The translations under genes were made by a program, and so were the position numbers. Positions 1 through 10,507 of a stretch of DNA of 64,000 nt are shown here, piece by piece (the first letter of the stretch is position 1; every line of letters starts with the position of its first letter). Below the pieces are notes generated by a model that saw only the letters and a program-made list of their open reading frames with translations, had not been told where the DNA came from and did not search any database. Where the stretch lies: the NCBI GenBank assembly GCA_963662545.2, contig CAXXLL010000002.1, positions 416,001 through 480,000 of the forward strand. Direction: 5' to 3'. This DNA is from Gammaproteobacteria bacterium. Its GTDB lineage: Bacteria > Pseudomonadota > Gammaproteobacteria > Ga0077536.

Positions 1-1076
1 TCGATGGCGCCGGTTTTGATCTTGAAATGCATGAATCGAACACCGTCGTCCGCATCGAGAAAGCGCTCGATGTCATCGAGTCCGCCGCCACGTATGACAC
101 GGCGGTAGCCGCAAGCGGCAGCAATGCCGGCGAAATCGATGCGCGAAGAGACCGTCTTCTGGGCGCCCGTCGAATCGTGTGCCTCATTATCGAGTAACAA
201 GTGGACGAGATTGCGCGGCGCATACGCGCCGGCAGTCGCCAGGTTTCCCATACGCATGAGCGCCGCGCCGTCGCCGTCGATGACGATCACGCGTAGATCG
301 GGACGCGCCATGGCCAGTCCCATGCCGAGAGACGATCCGCAGCCCATCGAACCCACCAGGTAAAGGTGGTTCGGGCGATCCGCCAGCGCGTACAACTCGC
401 GCCCGGTGTAACCCGTCGTCGCGACGATGACCGTTTTCCCATCGCCTGTCATGTCCAACAGTGATCGCAGTACCTCACTTCGCGAATGCCGCTCTTTTTC
501 GGGATGCACATGGTCGTTTCCTTCGATCACCGCCGTCTCGAGTGCGTCCGCGCGCGGCGCTGGGTGCAGGGAGTGCGATTCGCAGGTTCCCTTCTGCATG
601 ATCAGCGCAAATGGGCGCCGTTCAATTTTCATATGCCGATCGAGCGCATCCAAGGTCGGATCCACGGCATCGCTTTCGCGCGGAAAGGTCGCCCAGGGGA
701 TCGTCATCGTCTCAAACAGTTGTTCGGTGATCGCACCCATCAACTCGTGCTGTGGTTCATCATTGACACCGCGCGCACCACGATGCGTACAGACGATCAA
801 CACGGGAATACGAAAGGTATGGGTCAAGGAGGTCAGTGGGCTGACGGCGTTGCCGAGCCCGGAATTCTGCATCATCGCGATGCTGCGCGTGCCGCCGATC
901 CAGGCGCCCGCCGCTGCAGCCACCGCATCCCCTTCGTTGGCGGAGGATACGTAGTCCAGTTCCGGATCCGCGATAATGGCGTTAATGAACGGCGTCAGAA
1001 AAGAGCAAGGCACGCCGGCGTACCAGGTGAATCCCCGATCGCGTGCGGGATCGACGAAATCGCTTGCGTTGATCAT
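1..1076 (-). CDS. aepY: Phosphonopyruvate decarboxylase (ThDP-dependent); runs off the left edge
   Basis: Not in the ORF track. Reading by hand from ATG 1076 gives MINASDFVDPARDRGFTWYAGVPCSFLTPFIN...ANEGDAVAAAAGA...MMQNSGLGNAVSPLTSL, then VGSMGC and IDGDGAALMR. It lies directly downstream of PEP mutase. Confidence 0.93.
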   Translation of the reverse strand, partial: MINASDFVDPARDRGFTWYAGVPCSFLTPFINAIIADPELDYVSSANEGDAVAAAAGAWIGGTRSIAMMQNSGLGNAVSPLTSLTHTFRIPVLIVCTHRGARGVNDEPQHELMGAITEQLFETMTIPWATFPRESDAVDPTLDALDRHMKIERRPFALIMQKGTCESHSLHPAPRADALETAVIEGNDHVHPEKERHSRSEVLRSLLDMTGDGKTVIVATTGYTGRELYALADRPNHLYLVGSMGCGSSLGMGLAMARPDLRVIVIDGDGAALMRMGNLATAGAYAPRNLVHLLLDNEAHDSTGAQKTVSSRIDFAGIAAACGYRRVIRGGGLDDIERFLDADDGVRFMHFKIKTGAI

Positions 1077-1161
1077 GACCGCTTCAAGCGAATCAGACCG
1101 GAATATTTTACGCCCCATGAATCAAAAAATAGCGGCAAGACTTGCATGCTGTTGGCTGCTA

Positions 1162-2814
1162 TCAGCGTTGGCGGGCAGTAAAGGCGGCCGCGCGTTCGAG
1201 ATCTGCGAGCGAATTAACATCGATCCAATGCCCATGGACATAGATCACGCGAACCGGATTGCCCTGTTCGACAACGTGATTGAGCAGGTCCTGCATGCTC
1301 ATTCGATCGAAATCGTCTGCTTTAGACAAGCTTGTGATTGCGTCGGTGATCCATTCGCGGCCGCGTGCGCGCACGCGCAGCATGCCTATCCAGCGGCCGT
1401 GGGCGTTGGTGCCTCCTTCATTCGCAGCGAGAGAGAGGCGTTGCAGTAGAACGTCCTGGCCCCAAAACGAACGGTCGTCCGGCGCAGAACAATAGGCGTA
1501 ATCCGGCGCGCCCGTCGCCCCGGCGGCATCGAACTGCGAATCGACCACCACCGTCAGTTCGCGCTCGGATTCGAGCAGGCCGCGCAGTACGTACGTACGG
1601 AAAATTAGATCGCCGTACATGATGATCATGTCGTCACAGAAGCGATCAGCAACGCAGACCAGGGAGGCCAGTTCACCAGTCAATTCGTGGCGTTCGTTAA
1701 CGACGAGGTCGATGCCGTTGACGTCGATTCTGTCCGCGCGGTAACCCGCTACAACGGTGATGGAATCGACGCTCTGCTTCTTGCATAGGTCGACCAGGCG
1801 GCGCAGCAGCGGTTTACCGTTGACCGGAAGCATGACCTTGGGCCGGTCGTCGGTCAGGTCTGCAAACTCGTCGCCGCGGCTCGCGGCGAGAATCAGGGCG
1901 CGGGTCGTGCGCTTCGACCCGGAAAAATAGCGGCGCTCCGCATCGGCTAGTTCGTCCGCACCCTGAAGCCGGAAGATTTCTTTGACGCTGACGATTTGAT
2001 CCTCGACGTCGACCAGAGTCTGTTCGTCGTGAAGCCTCCGTGCTGTTTCCTGCATGGCATCTGCAGAACTGCGGATCAGGTGATTCGCCCAAATCGCAAC
2101 GCTGATCTTCGCCTTGCGGAACACCTCGGTCGGTGTGCTGTAGTACTTTGTCGGCACAATGACAAGCGGCGCCCGGTTCGCCCACTCTTCCGCGAACTCC
2201 AATATCTGATGAGGGGTCGATAAACCGCTGTGAATGAGAATGGCGTCGGCGCCTGCCTTGCGATAGGCCTCGGCGCGCAGCATCGCCTCACGGAGGTCCC
2301 ATCCGGCGATGAAGGCCTCGACTCGGGCCACGACGCAGAAGTCGTCATCGCTTTGCGAATCCTTGCCCGCCGCGATCTTTCCGCAGAATTCACCGATCTC
2401 TTCTAGCGCTTGCCGCTCGCCCGCGATGAAACTGTTGGATTTGGGAAAGATCTTGTCCTCGATGCAGACGCCGGCGATATCGCGCTGTTCGAGCTTGTGC
2501 ACCAGACGGCGCATGTTGTTGAAGTTTCCGTATCCCGTATCACCGTCCAGGAGGATTGGTATGTGAGTCGCGTCGGCCATGAACTCGGCCATGCCGACGA
2601 TCTGAGTCCAGCTTGCCTCGTTGTTGTCGCGCACGCCGAATTGCGCCGACAGGGCCAGGCCGCTCGCCCAGATACCCTTGAACCCCGCCTCTTCTACGAT
2701 GCGAGCGCTGATCCCGTTGTGGGCTTCCAGCATGAATTCGAGATCGGTCGACGTGAGCAGATTTCGCAGCTGCGTCGTTTTTCGGGGTCCTGCGGTTTCT
2801 GAATTAGCGGCCAT
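1162..2814 (-). CDS. aepX: Phosphoenolpyruvate mutase with a C-terminal nucleotidyltransferase domain
   Basis: PEP mutase signature [10 protein letters not shown] (EDKx5NS) plus LDGDTGYG. The C-terminal part has ILAASRG...RPKVML of NTP transferases. Start moved to ATG 2814. Confidence 0.95.
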   Translation of the reverse strand: MAANSETAGPRKTTQLRNLLTSTDLEFMLEAHNGISARIVEEAGFKGIWASGLALSAQFGVRDNNEASWTQIVGMAEFMADATHIPILLDGDTGYGNFNNMRRLVHKLEQRDIAGVCIEDKIFPKSNSFIAGERQALEEIGEFCGKIAAGKDSQSDDDFCVVARVEAFIAGWDLREAMLRAEAYRKAGADAILIHSGLSTPHQILEFAEEWANRAPLVIVPTKYYSTPTEVFRKAKISVAIWANHLIRSSADAMQETARRLHDEQTLVDVEDQIVSVKEIFRLQGADELADAERRYFSGSKRTTRALILAASRGDEFADLTDDRPKVMLPVNGKPLLRRLVDLCKKQSVDSITVVAGYRADRIDVNGIDLVVNERHELTGELASLVCVADRFCDDMIIMYGDLIFRTYVLRGLLESERELTVVVDSQFDAAGATGAPDYAYCSAPDDRSFWGQDVLLQRLSLAANEGGTNAHGRWIGMLRVRARGREWITDAITSLSKADDFDRMSMQDLLNHVVEQGNPVRVIYVHGHWIDVNSLADLERAAAFTARQR

Positions 2815-3541
2815 CGATTTTCGGAAGCATTGTTTTGGCGCGATCGACGTCCGCTGGAAAATCAATCTCTATCCAGGGTAATCCGGTGATGTCTTCCACG
2901 CCGATTTCCTCGGGAAACGCCAGAGCAAGATCCCTCAGCGCCTCTTCATGCGGTTCGTCTGCCCGACCGTCGGCCACGTATGCCGAGACGATCGTGGCGA
3001 GCCTGAGTGCCGTAGCGGCATCGAATTTGAAAAAACCGACCGATTCGCCGATCGAATTATACGTGAGGTCCGATGCAATTTGTTTACGGAACTCGACGAT
3101 GCGCCCGGCGTTCATGCAGATTTTCACCGGCTCGTGACCGGTATCGAACTGCCGATCGAACAAAAAGCAGTTGCGTGATGTACTCTCGACGAGCCGCTCG
3201 AGGATGGCCTGATCATACAGGACGTCAGCATCCGTAATGAGTACGTCATCGCCACTTTTGAGCGCATCTCTGGCTGTCCACAAGCTCAAGATCGAACCGA
3301 GCCGGTATTGGGGATTGTGCAGGGCGAGTACTTTCGGTCCGGGCATGGCCGCAATCTGCGCCTCGATTTGGCTGGACTCGTAGCCGACGCACAGAGTGAC
3401 GTTGCCGACGCCTGCGGCCGCAAGCGCGCTTAAGTGACGCTCGATCAGAGAACGTCCGCCGAAACTCAGCAGGCATTTGGGTAGCGGCGATTCGCGGTTA
3501 AGGCGCTTCCCGACGCCGGCTGCAAGGATGATCGCTTTCAC
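2804..3541 (-). CDS. Phosphocholine/phosphonate cytidylyltransferase family nucleotidyltransferase
   Basis: [14 protein letters not shown]...PKCLL, DADVLY and WIEIDFPAD motifs; overlaps the start of aepX. Confidence 0.88.
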   Translation of the reverse strand: MKAIILAAGVGKRLNRESPLPKCLLSFGGRSLIERHLSALAAAGVGNVTLCVGYESSQIEAQIAAMPGPKVLALHNPQYRLGSILSLWTARDALKSGDDVLITDADVLYDQAILERLVESTSRNCFLFDRQFDTGHEPVKICMNAGRIVEFRKQIASDLTYNSIGESVGFFKFDAATALRLATIVSAYVADGRADEPHEEALRDLALAFPEEIGVEDITGLPWIEIDFPADVDRAKTMLPKIDGR

Positions 3542-3553
3542 CTCGGCACGAAT

Positions 3554-4285
3554 CTAGCGGCGCGAACGGCCAGAGAAAACCTGCCGGAAACCGAAATACG
3601 CGATCGCGTCCTTCATATTGGAGACGAAGCGCCGCAGCGGATGCATGCCGCGATCCGTGACGTATTCAAAGGTCAGCGCGATCCGCCGTTCACCCTGACC
3701 GCAGGGCGAGATCCGGTGATACAGTTTGTCGCCATTGAAGAACACGAAGGATCCCGGCAACAGCGAGATCTCACCGCGAACTGTTTCGCATTCGAAATTC
3801 TCGCGAAACAGCTCGTATTCCAATCGGCAGCTCGATTCTTCGACGAGACCGATCAGGGCAGTGTAACGTTGGCCCTTGTAATACGACGTGTCGTAATGGA
3901 AACCGATGTTATCGCCGGGCTCCGTGTAATAGTAGAGCGCGTAGGTGTGTGGATCGTCATCCGCGCAGAACAACAGTTCCCGTCCACACAAGGTATGCAT
4001 GAACGATGCGAGTTCCGGCGCACGGTAGAGCGCCGCGAATGCCGATGCATGGCGGTCGAGGTCGAAGCGGGAGATGCTGCCGCCCTTCTTGTGTCCGGGA
4101 ATAAAATTCCGGTGAATGCGAGGAGCGAGCGAGGGTAGAGCCGCCAGGAGGGGATCGAGCAAATGTCGCGGAAGGAAGTCCGGAATCATTATGAATTCGT
4201 CGTTGGCTAGGAATTCCGCGCGCAATGCGGCCGCGTCGAGGCTCGCAAGATGTCTGGCGAAAGGCGTGGGATCCCCGGCGTGCAT
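3554..4285 (-). CDS. 2OG-Fe(II) oxygenase family protein
   Basis: HxD (GFHYD), distal His (LYHRI) and 2OG-binding Arg (RIALTFEY). Confidence 0.8.
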   Translation of the reverse strand: MHAGDPTPFARHLASLDAAALRAEFLANDEFIMIPDFLPRHLLDPLLAALPSLAPRIHRNFIPGHKKGGSISRFDLDRHASAFAALYRAPELASFMHTLCGRELLFCADDDPHTYALYYYTEPGDNIGFHYDTSYYKGQRYTALIGLVEESSCRLEYELFRENFECETVRGEISLLPGSFVFFNGDKLYHRISPCGQGERRIALTFEYVTDRGMHPLRRFVSNMKDAIAYFGFRQVFSGRSRR

Positions 4286-4456
4286 GCGGATAATTTTGAA
4301 ATACGTACGGTGTTAAATCGCGACGCAAGGTTACTGTGGAGAGCCTTTACCCGCAACCGGTCTTGGTAGAAGGCGTGGGCGTGTGAGATAGTCCTGCCCC
4401 TTCGAAGAGTCCCGACGCAGTATCTCCGTCATGGCCCACCCCGCGCTCAGCACACA

Positions 4457-5473
4457 ATGATGGTTCGGTTTACCAAATTCATATTTTTGTTTGTCGGAAT
4501 CGCGCTGCTCGTCACTGTGCTGCTCGAAACGGATCTCAACGAGTTGTGGATCGCGGTATCGCGCGTCGGAGTCCTGGGCATGATGACCGTCATGCTCGTC
4601 TACGCACTTTATTTCGGAGCGGATGCAATCAGCTGGCAAATCACCCTGCCCGCAGTCGAAATCGATCGGCGCTGGATCGGCCGCATGTTCGTCGTTCGTA
4701 TGATCGGCGAAGCTTATAACAACATCACGCCCACCGCTTCGCTAGGCGGGGAGCCGATCAAGGCGTGGTTGCTCAAGGTCAACTGGGGCGTTCCACTTCG
4801 CGAATCCGGGGCCTCGCTGGTGATCGCAAAAACGACGAGCATGTTTTCCCTGGTCGTCTTCGTTGCCGTCGGCGTCTTCATGATGTTCGGGCATCCCGAG
4901 GTTACGGCGGCGCACAAATCAGTTGCCGTTTGGGGTTTGAGCATCATCGTAATCGCGGCCATCGTGTTTTTTCTGATGCAGCATCTCAAACTTTCCACGT
5001 ACATCGCACGTAAGCTTGGGCGCAGCCGATTTGAACAGCGGCTTGCCGGCGTGATCCGCGCGGTCGAGGACATCGATCGACAGTTCGCGAGTTTCTACAG
5101 CGAACACGGTGTGAGATTGTGGTGGTCTTCGTTGTTCGCGATGGCGAACTGGGTGTTGGGCGTCGTCGAGGTCTATCTGATCATGGATTTCATCGGCTAC
5201 CCAGCGAGCTTCACCGAAGCCTGGATGATCGAATGCATGGTACAACTCGTGCGGACGATCACTTTCTTTATTCCGGCCGGCCTCGGGACACAGGAGGGTG
5301 CGTTTCTAATTGGCGTTGGGGTGTTGACGGGCGCGCCGTCCGCGGGCGTCGCCACAGCGCTCGTACGCCGCTTCCGTGACCTGATATGGATTGGCTTGAG
5401 CCTGTTTCTGGCGACTTTCTATTCCGTGACACCGGCGCACGTCGCGCGCGAGGAGCTGGACTCGGCTGACTGA
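4457..5473 (+). CDS. Flippase-like / lysylphosphatidylglycerol synthase TM-domain membrane protein (HpnL-like)
   Basis: Multiple TM segments; NNITPTASLGGEPIK and IPAGLGTQEG motifs. Confidence 0.8.
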   Translation: MMVRFTKFIFLFVGIALLVTVLLETDLNELWIAVSRVGVLGMMTVMLVYALYFGADAISWQITLPAVEIDRRWIGRMFVVRMIGEAYNNITPTASLGGEPIKAWLLKVNWGVPLRESGASLVIAKTTSMFSLVVFVAVGVFMMFGHPEVTAAHKSVAVWGLSIIVIAAIVFFLMQHLKLSTYIARKLGRSRFEQRLAGVIRAVEDIDRQFASFYSEHGVRLWWSSLFAMANWVLGVVEVYLIMDFIGYPASFTEAWMIECMVQLVRTITFFIPAGLGTQEGAFLIGVGVLTGAPSAGVATALVRRFRDLIWIGLSLFLATFYSVTPAHVAREELDSAD

Positions 5474-5525
5474 AGGCGGTGCCTCGAATTTCTCTCTACG
5501 GATCTTCGAGCTTAGGGTAAGGCGA

Positions 5526-6518
5526 TCAGGGCACCATACCGCGCAACCGAAACCAGGCCAACGCGTCCTCGATCGCGGTGCGGCCCGGGCGCGCAGTGTA
5601 GCCGAGTTCTTTTTCGGCGCGAACCGATTCGAAGTACATCTTCTTGGCGGCCATACGTAATCCGTCGATCGTGGCCTGCGGCTCCGGACCGTCGGTGATC
5701 CGCGCCCATAGTTCCGAGATCCATGCGATCGGATAAACCGCGAGTCGGGGTAGCCGCACCATCGGTTTGCGGCGCCCGCAGCACTCGGCGACGATCTCCA
5801 AGATCTCACGCAAAGACAGATCGTCGCCGCCGAGGATGTAGCGGCGTCCAACCACGCCTTTTTCGAAGGCGAGCAGGTGTCCGCGAGCTACGTCATCGAC
5901 GTGGGCGATATTGAGACCGGTGTCGACGTAGGCGGGAATGCGTCCGAGCGCAGCGTCCCGCACGATACGTCCGGTGGGCGTCGGCTTGATGTCGCGTGGC
6001 CCGATCGGCGTCGACGGATTGACGATCACGGCTGGCAGCGATGCCGAGGATACGAGTTCGTCGACCACCGCCTCGGCCAGGAATTTCGAACGCTTGTAGT
6101 GCCCGATCATGTCGTCCAGGCTCACGGGCGTGTCTTCGTTGGCCGGACTGTCGTCGCGCTTGAGCCCGAGGGTTGCGACGCTGCTGGTATAGACGATGCG
6201 TTTCACGCCTGCTTCGAGCGCCGCCCGCATGATGGACCGTGTGCCATCGACATTACTGTGGTAGAGCACCTTTGGGTCGCGCACCCAGAGGCGATAATCC
6301 GCGGCGACATGGTAGAGCGCGTCGCAGCCGCGGCACGCCCCTGCGAGCGATGCGGGATCGCGCAGATCGCCCAGGCAGACCTCGAGCGCGAGCCCCTCAA
6401 TGTTGAAACGGTCGCTGTCCGGACGGGTCAGTACACGCACGGCATGCCCCGCGTCCAGCAGCAACCTGACCACCGCGCTGCCCAGAAACCCCGTCGCACC
6501 CGTGACCAGGGTCGTCAT
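5526..6518 (-). CDS. hpnA: Hopanoid-associated NAD-dependent epimerase/dehydratase
   Basis: TGATGFLG, HVAADYRLW, YKRSK, NPSTPIGPRDIKPTPTG. Start at ATG 6518, an ATGA overlap with the upstream stop. Confidence 0.9.
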   Translation of the reverse strand: MTTLVTGATGFLGSAVVRLLLDAGHAVRVLTRPDSDRFNIEGLALEVCLGDLRDPASLAGACRGCDALYHVAADYRLWVRDPKVLYHSNVDGTRSIMRAALEAGVKRIVYTSSVATLGLKRDDSPANEDTPVSLDDMIGHYKRSKFLAEAVVDELVSSASLPAVIVNPSTPIGPRDIKPTPTGRIVRDAALGRIPAYVDTGLNIAHVDDVARGHLLAFEKGVVGRRYILGGDDLSLREILEIVAECCGRRKPMVRLPRLAVYPIAWISELWARITDGPEPQATIDGLRMAAKKMYFESVRAEKELGYTARPGRTAIEDALAWFRLRGMVP

Positions 6519-7126
6519 CGGCTTAGCCGACTTCGTGATTGCATGGCGCGGAAGTATTGGACGGCCACGATCGCGCACGCCACCGGGGCACCGACTGCCG
6601 CCGCACACAGGAACCATTCGAGCGAACCGCTGAGCGTCACCGCGGGCATCAAATACAGCACATCTTCGGCTTCGAACCCGGCCCACTGCGGCTGCCGGGT
6701 AGCCGTTTTGCCGAGATGATTCTCCAAATCGTTCCGCAAATGAAAGATGGCCGCCACAGTGACCCCCGCGACTGCGCCCATGATCGCCGCTTTTGTGCCT
6801 AAGCTGCCTTGTGTAAGCCCGATACCGATGCCGACGAACATGCCAACCGTGACGAGAGCATCCGAGGCCAGGTCGAAATAGTGCCCGAAGCGGCTCGTCT
6901 TGCCACTCAAGCGCGCCAGTTCACCATCCGTGTGGTCGAGAAAATTGGAAACCACGATCAACAGCGCCGCGAGATTGGGTGACTCGCCGCGCGCAAAGCA
7001 GGCGGCCCCGGCGAGGCCGACGAGCAGTCTCAGGCCCGTCAAATGATTCGGATGGACGAACCGCGAGCCGACGAATGGCGTGACGATAAAAGATGCGATA
7101 CGTGCATCCCAGGGCTTGCGATTCAC
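6515..7126 (-). CDS. CDP-alcohol phosphatidyltransferase family protein
   Basis: HPNHLT and the DxxDGxxAR...G...D motif (LDHTDGELARLSGKTSRFGHYFD). GTG start overlaps the hpnN stop (GTGA). Confidence 0.88.
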   Translation of the reverse strand: MNRKPWDARIASFIVTPFVGSRFVHPNHLTGLRLLVGLAGAACFARGESPNLAALLIVVSNFLDHTDGELARLSGKTSRFGHYFDLASDALVTVGMFVGIGIGLTQGSLGTKAAIMGAVAGVTVAAIFHLRNDLENHLGKTATRQPQWAGFEAEDVLYLMPAVTLSGSLEWFLCAAAVGAPVACAIVAVQYFRAMQSRSRLSR

Positions 7127-9756
7127 GATGCCACGCGCTCTACTTTGACAAAGCGCTCGAGCAGTGCCGGTAACACGACCAGCGTGCACAGGATGGTCAG
7201 GGTCAGACCGATGGTGAGCATCACGCCCATGCTTGCCGTACCCGCATGCGTTGAAACCGCGAGGTTGCCGAAACTCGCGGTGGTCGTCAAAGCGCTGAAC
7301 AGGACAGCGCGTGCAGTGCTGGTCTTCAGCAGCGGGCCGTCGCCGGGACCGGGGGTCTTGTAGCGGTGCAGGATGTGCAGAGCGCTATCGACGCCGATCC
7401 CCATGAGGAGCGGCAACGCGATGATATTCGCGAAGTTGAACGACATGCCCGCCCACACGGTGGCGGCCGTCGTCAGTAAACCGGCCAGCAACAGGGGGGC
7501 CATGACGACGAGGACTTCCGCAATGCGCCGCAGTATGAAGAAGAGCACCAGTGCAATCAGTATAAAAGCCGAGGCGAATGCCTGGTAAAAGGCGCCCGTG
7601 ACCGCGCGACTCGCCTCGATATTGATCACCGGCGTGCCGGTCGCCGCAGGTCCCGTAATGGCCCGTACGGCGTCGACGAATGCCGCGAGCCGGTCGTTGT
7701 CGTCGAGGTTTTGCGCCGGGAGAATCTCGAGCCGGAAAAGGCCGTCATCGCTGATCCAGCGCCGCCGGAGATCCTCGGGAAGCGACGCGATATCGATCGG
7801 CGACGCCGCTAGCCCCTCGGAAATCAGCGTGAGTTGAGGCGCGAAATGGCGCATGAGTTTGTCTTCGAGCGCGATTAACAAAGCCGGCGCCTGGTCTGCT
7901 CCCGCGGATTCGACCGCGACCTCCAGGCGCTTCAACGCGAGCGCTAGCGCTGCTGCCGCTCGCGCTAGCGATGCGCTGGCGCTGTTGGCAATCGCATCGC
8001 AGCGACGGCTGAGTTTTCTAGCGAGCGCGGTGATATCGCCTGCGACAAGCGGGTGTGGCTCTTGGAGTTCGAGATCGGGTCCGACGACGAAAGCGAGATC
8101 CTCGATAAGGGCGAGTTTTTGTTCTTGCTCGGACGGCACCAGATCGAATGCCGTCCGCACGTTCAGAACAGCGGGGCTCTCCTCGAGTCGAGCAGCCAGT
8201 TCCAGGGCGGGGTCGGCGGACGCGGCGACCACGTCGATTGCGTAGAGTTCGGCATCGCCGTCGTCCAGAAGATCCGTCAAGGTCGTCACCGATTCGGCAG
8301 CGGGATCGTTGAGGTGGATGGGATTGTGGTCGAATTCCGCGAATGGCACGGTCAAGGCCGCCGCGAGCGCGAGTAAGAACGTCCCGGCCAGGATGATCGA
8401 CGGTCCGCGCTGCGGCCGTTCGGCGATGAGCTGGACTTTTCGCCGAGCATCAGCTCTAGGCGCGGGTAAGGCTTGCAGCAGCGCCGGCAGGATCGTAAAG
8501 CTGCAGCCCAGCCCGATGAACATCCCGACGCCCGAGATCAGACCGAGCTCCGCGACACCGCGGTAGTCCGTCGGGATAAACGCGAAGAACGCGATCGCGG
8601 TCGTTATCGCGCACAGGATAATGGATGTTCCAATGTGACGCGATGCATGAGAAATGGCGCGAACCTTATCGGTTGAGATGGACATTTCGCGGTAGCGCAG
8701 GCAGATGTGAATGGCGAAATCCACGCCCAGCCCCACGTAGAGTACGGCGAATGCGATCGAGATCATGTTCAGCGTGCCGACTGCCGCGACCGCAAAGCTC
8801 GCGGTAAAGATCAGACCGATGATCAGGGTGAGCAGGGTTGCCGCGACGAGACTCAAGGAGCGCAGGCCGACGATGAGGCAAATAGCCACCATGGCAAAAG
8901 CGAGCACGCCGGCCCGTTCGGCGCCCCGCACTACGCTCTTCATCTCGTCATAGCTCAGCGCGGCGGCGCCGGTGAGACGGACGCGAACGCCCGATCCCTC
9001 GGTAAAGCCCATCGACTCGACGGTGCTGCGTATCGATGTAATCGCCGCTTCGCCCGGCAGAATGCTGCTGAAATCGAGCCGCGGCTGTACTGTGAAAATG
9101 ACGCGCGAAGTATCGGCAACGGACTCGCCCAGCATCAAGGTCTGCCACGACATGGGCGTCGGGTCGCCGTCAAGGTAGGCGTTGATGGCGTCTGCGGTGG
9201 CGCGGAAAACAGGGTCGAGCCGGAGTTCGGGCGCCTGATCCCTGGTCTCGGCGGCTTCGAGGAGTAATGTCATGAATCCACGCAACCCGGGGTCCGGCGC
9301 GAGGCGTGCGAGAAACGGCTGTGCGGCGCTGATTTCGTCCGCGAGTGTCTGCAGGGCGTCGGTGTCAAGGTAGAGGAATTGATTGCGACGAAAGAATTCG
9401 ATGCCGGCCGGATGAAAGACGCCGGCCGCGGTGAATTCGTTTTCGGCCAGGCGCCGGGCGAGCGCATCGGACGCTTGGCGCGCGAGGTCGGGCGTCGTTC
9501 CGTCGACGACCACGACGATGGTGTCGGTGAAAAAAGGAAATGCGGTTTTGAAATTCCTGTACGCCACTCGCCAGGGGAGACGATCGGACAGCATGTCCTG
9601 GGTATCGGTGTTGATGCGCACATTAGAGACGGTGTACGACGCACCGGTGCCGGCGAGGACCAGCGCGAAAATCAAGGTCGCGAGCCAGTGCCGTTGCGCG
9701 GCGCCGACTATTTTCTCAATCAGGTCCGGAGCGAGCAGCTCGAAGCGGTTGCGCAT
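7123..9756 (-). CDS. hpnN: Hopanoid-associated RND/MMPL transporter
   Basis: Two MMPL repeats (GLGVDFAIH, GIGVDSALH) and FFRRNQFLYL. Confidence 0.88.
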   Translation of the reverse strand: MRNRFELLAPDLIEKIVGAAQRHWLATLIFALVLAGTGASYTVSNVRINTDTQDMLSDRLPWRVAYRNFKTAFPFFTDTIVVVVDGTTPDLARQASDALARRLAENEFTAAGVFHPAGIEFFRRNQFLYLDTDALQTLADEISAAQPFLARLAPDPGLRGFMTLLLEAAETRDQAPELRLDPVFRATADAINAYLDGDPTPMSWQTLMLGESVADTSRVIFTVQPRLDFSSILPGEAAITSIRSTVESMGFTEGSGVRVRLTGAAALSYDEMKSVVRGAERAGVLAFAMVAICLIVGLRSLSLVAATLLTLIIGLIFTASFAVAAVGTLNMISIAFAVLYVGLGVDFAIHICLRYREMSISTDKVRAISHASRHIGTSIILCAITTAIAFFAFIPTDYRGVAELGLISGVGMFIGLGCSFTILPALLQALPAPRADARRKVQLIAERPQRGPSIILAGTFLLALAAALTVPFAEFDHNPIHLNDPAAESVTTLTDLLDDGDAELYAIDVVAASADPALELAARLEESPAVLNVRTAFDLVPSEQEQKLALIEDLAFVVGPDLELQEPHPLVAGDITALARKLSRRCDAIANSASASLARAAAALALALKRLEVAVESAGADQAPALLIALEDKLMRHFAPQLTLISEGLAASPIDIASLPEDLRRRWISDDGLFRLEILPAQNLDDNDRLAAFVDAVRAITGPAATGTPVINIEASRAVTGAFYQAFASAFILIALVLFFILRRIAEVLVVMAPLLLAGLLTTAATVWAGMSFNFANIIALPLLMGIGVDSALHILHRYKTPGPGDGPLLKTSTARAVLFSALTTTASFGNLAVSTHAGTASMGVMLTIGLTLTILCTLVVLPALLERFVKVERVAS

Positions 9757-9772
9757 GCGGACACAGCCGGTC

Positions 9773-10450
9773 TTATTGACCGAGGGCGCGAGCGGCCTCG
9801 GCGAGCCGGGCCAGCGCTGCCCGATACCAGGCCGCAAGTTTCAACAAGGGGAAGATTTCGCCGGGGTCACTCATCAAATGGCAGACCATTGCGGTCAATC
9901 TGCGCCGTCCATTCGCGTCGAGCGCCTTTTCCGCGGCGGCCGGGAGAGTGAAACCGGCCGGATCGACAATACACCGGATGGCCGCGAATTTGGCGTTCGC
10001 CGAATTCGCCACGCGGGCGATGGCGGCGGATTCCATATCAACGGCGTCGGCGACGTGCGTTGCGTACAAGTCGGCCTTGTCGCGGACCGAGGCAATCGCG
10101 CGAGGCGCGGTGTAGAACGCCCCGGTTGCGGCTGCAAGCGGCGCCAAGCGGATGAGAAGCTCCCGCCGCAGGCCGTTATCCGTTGCGCGTCTTTTGCCGC
10201 TGTCAGAGACGGTAGCACTCCCGATCAGGAGCTGAACGGGATCCATTGCCGGATTCAAACCGCCGGCGAGTCCCCAGCTCAACAGCGCTTCACAGCCGGC
10301 GCCGAGCAGTTCCTCCGCCGCGCGCGTGGCATTTTCGATGCCTGGCCCGGCAAGCTTGAGGATGGGTTCATGAATGCCGAGGAAGCGGGGTGCGCATCCG
10401 GAGAATGCCCGGGCTTCCTGATCGAGCGCAGCGATGACGCCGATCCGCAT
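9773..10450 (-). CDS. hpnG: Hopanoid-associated purine nucleoside phosphorylase
   Basis: SWGLAGGL, AVDMES and IRCIVD motifs; hopanoid gene context. Confidence 0.82.
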   Translation of the reverse strand: MRIGVIAALDQEARAFSGCAPRFLGIHEPILKLAGPGIENATRAAEELLGAGCEALLSWGLAGGLNPAMDPVQLLIGSATVSDSGKRRATDNGLRRELLIRLAPLAAATGAFYTAPRAIASVRDKADLYATHVADAVDMESAAIARVANSANAKFAAIRCIVDPAGFTLPAAAEKALDANGRRRLTAMVCHLMSDPGEIFPLLKLAAWYRAALARLAEAARALGQ

Positions 10451-10507
10451 CAAAGCACACTGCAGCGGACGGATCGGACGATCGTTACCTGCGGATCGCA
10501 GGCCGGG

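Noticed and set aside
124-1181. Plus-strand ORFs at the left edge
   Set aside because: Antisense shadows of the minus-strand aepY, which the track missed because it runs off the window.
3554-4285. BesD-like halogenase call
   Set aside because: The HxD carboxylate ligand is retained.
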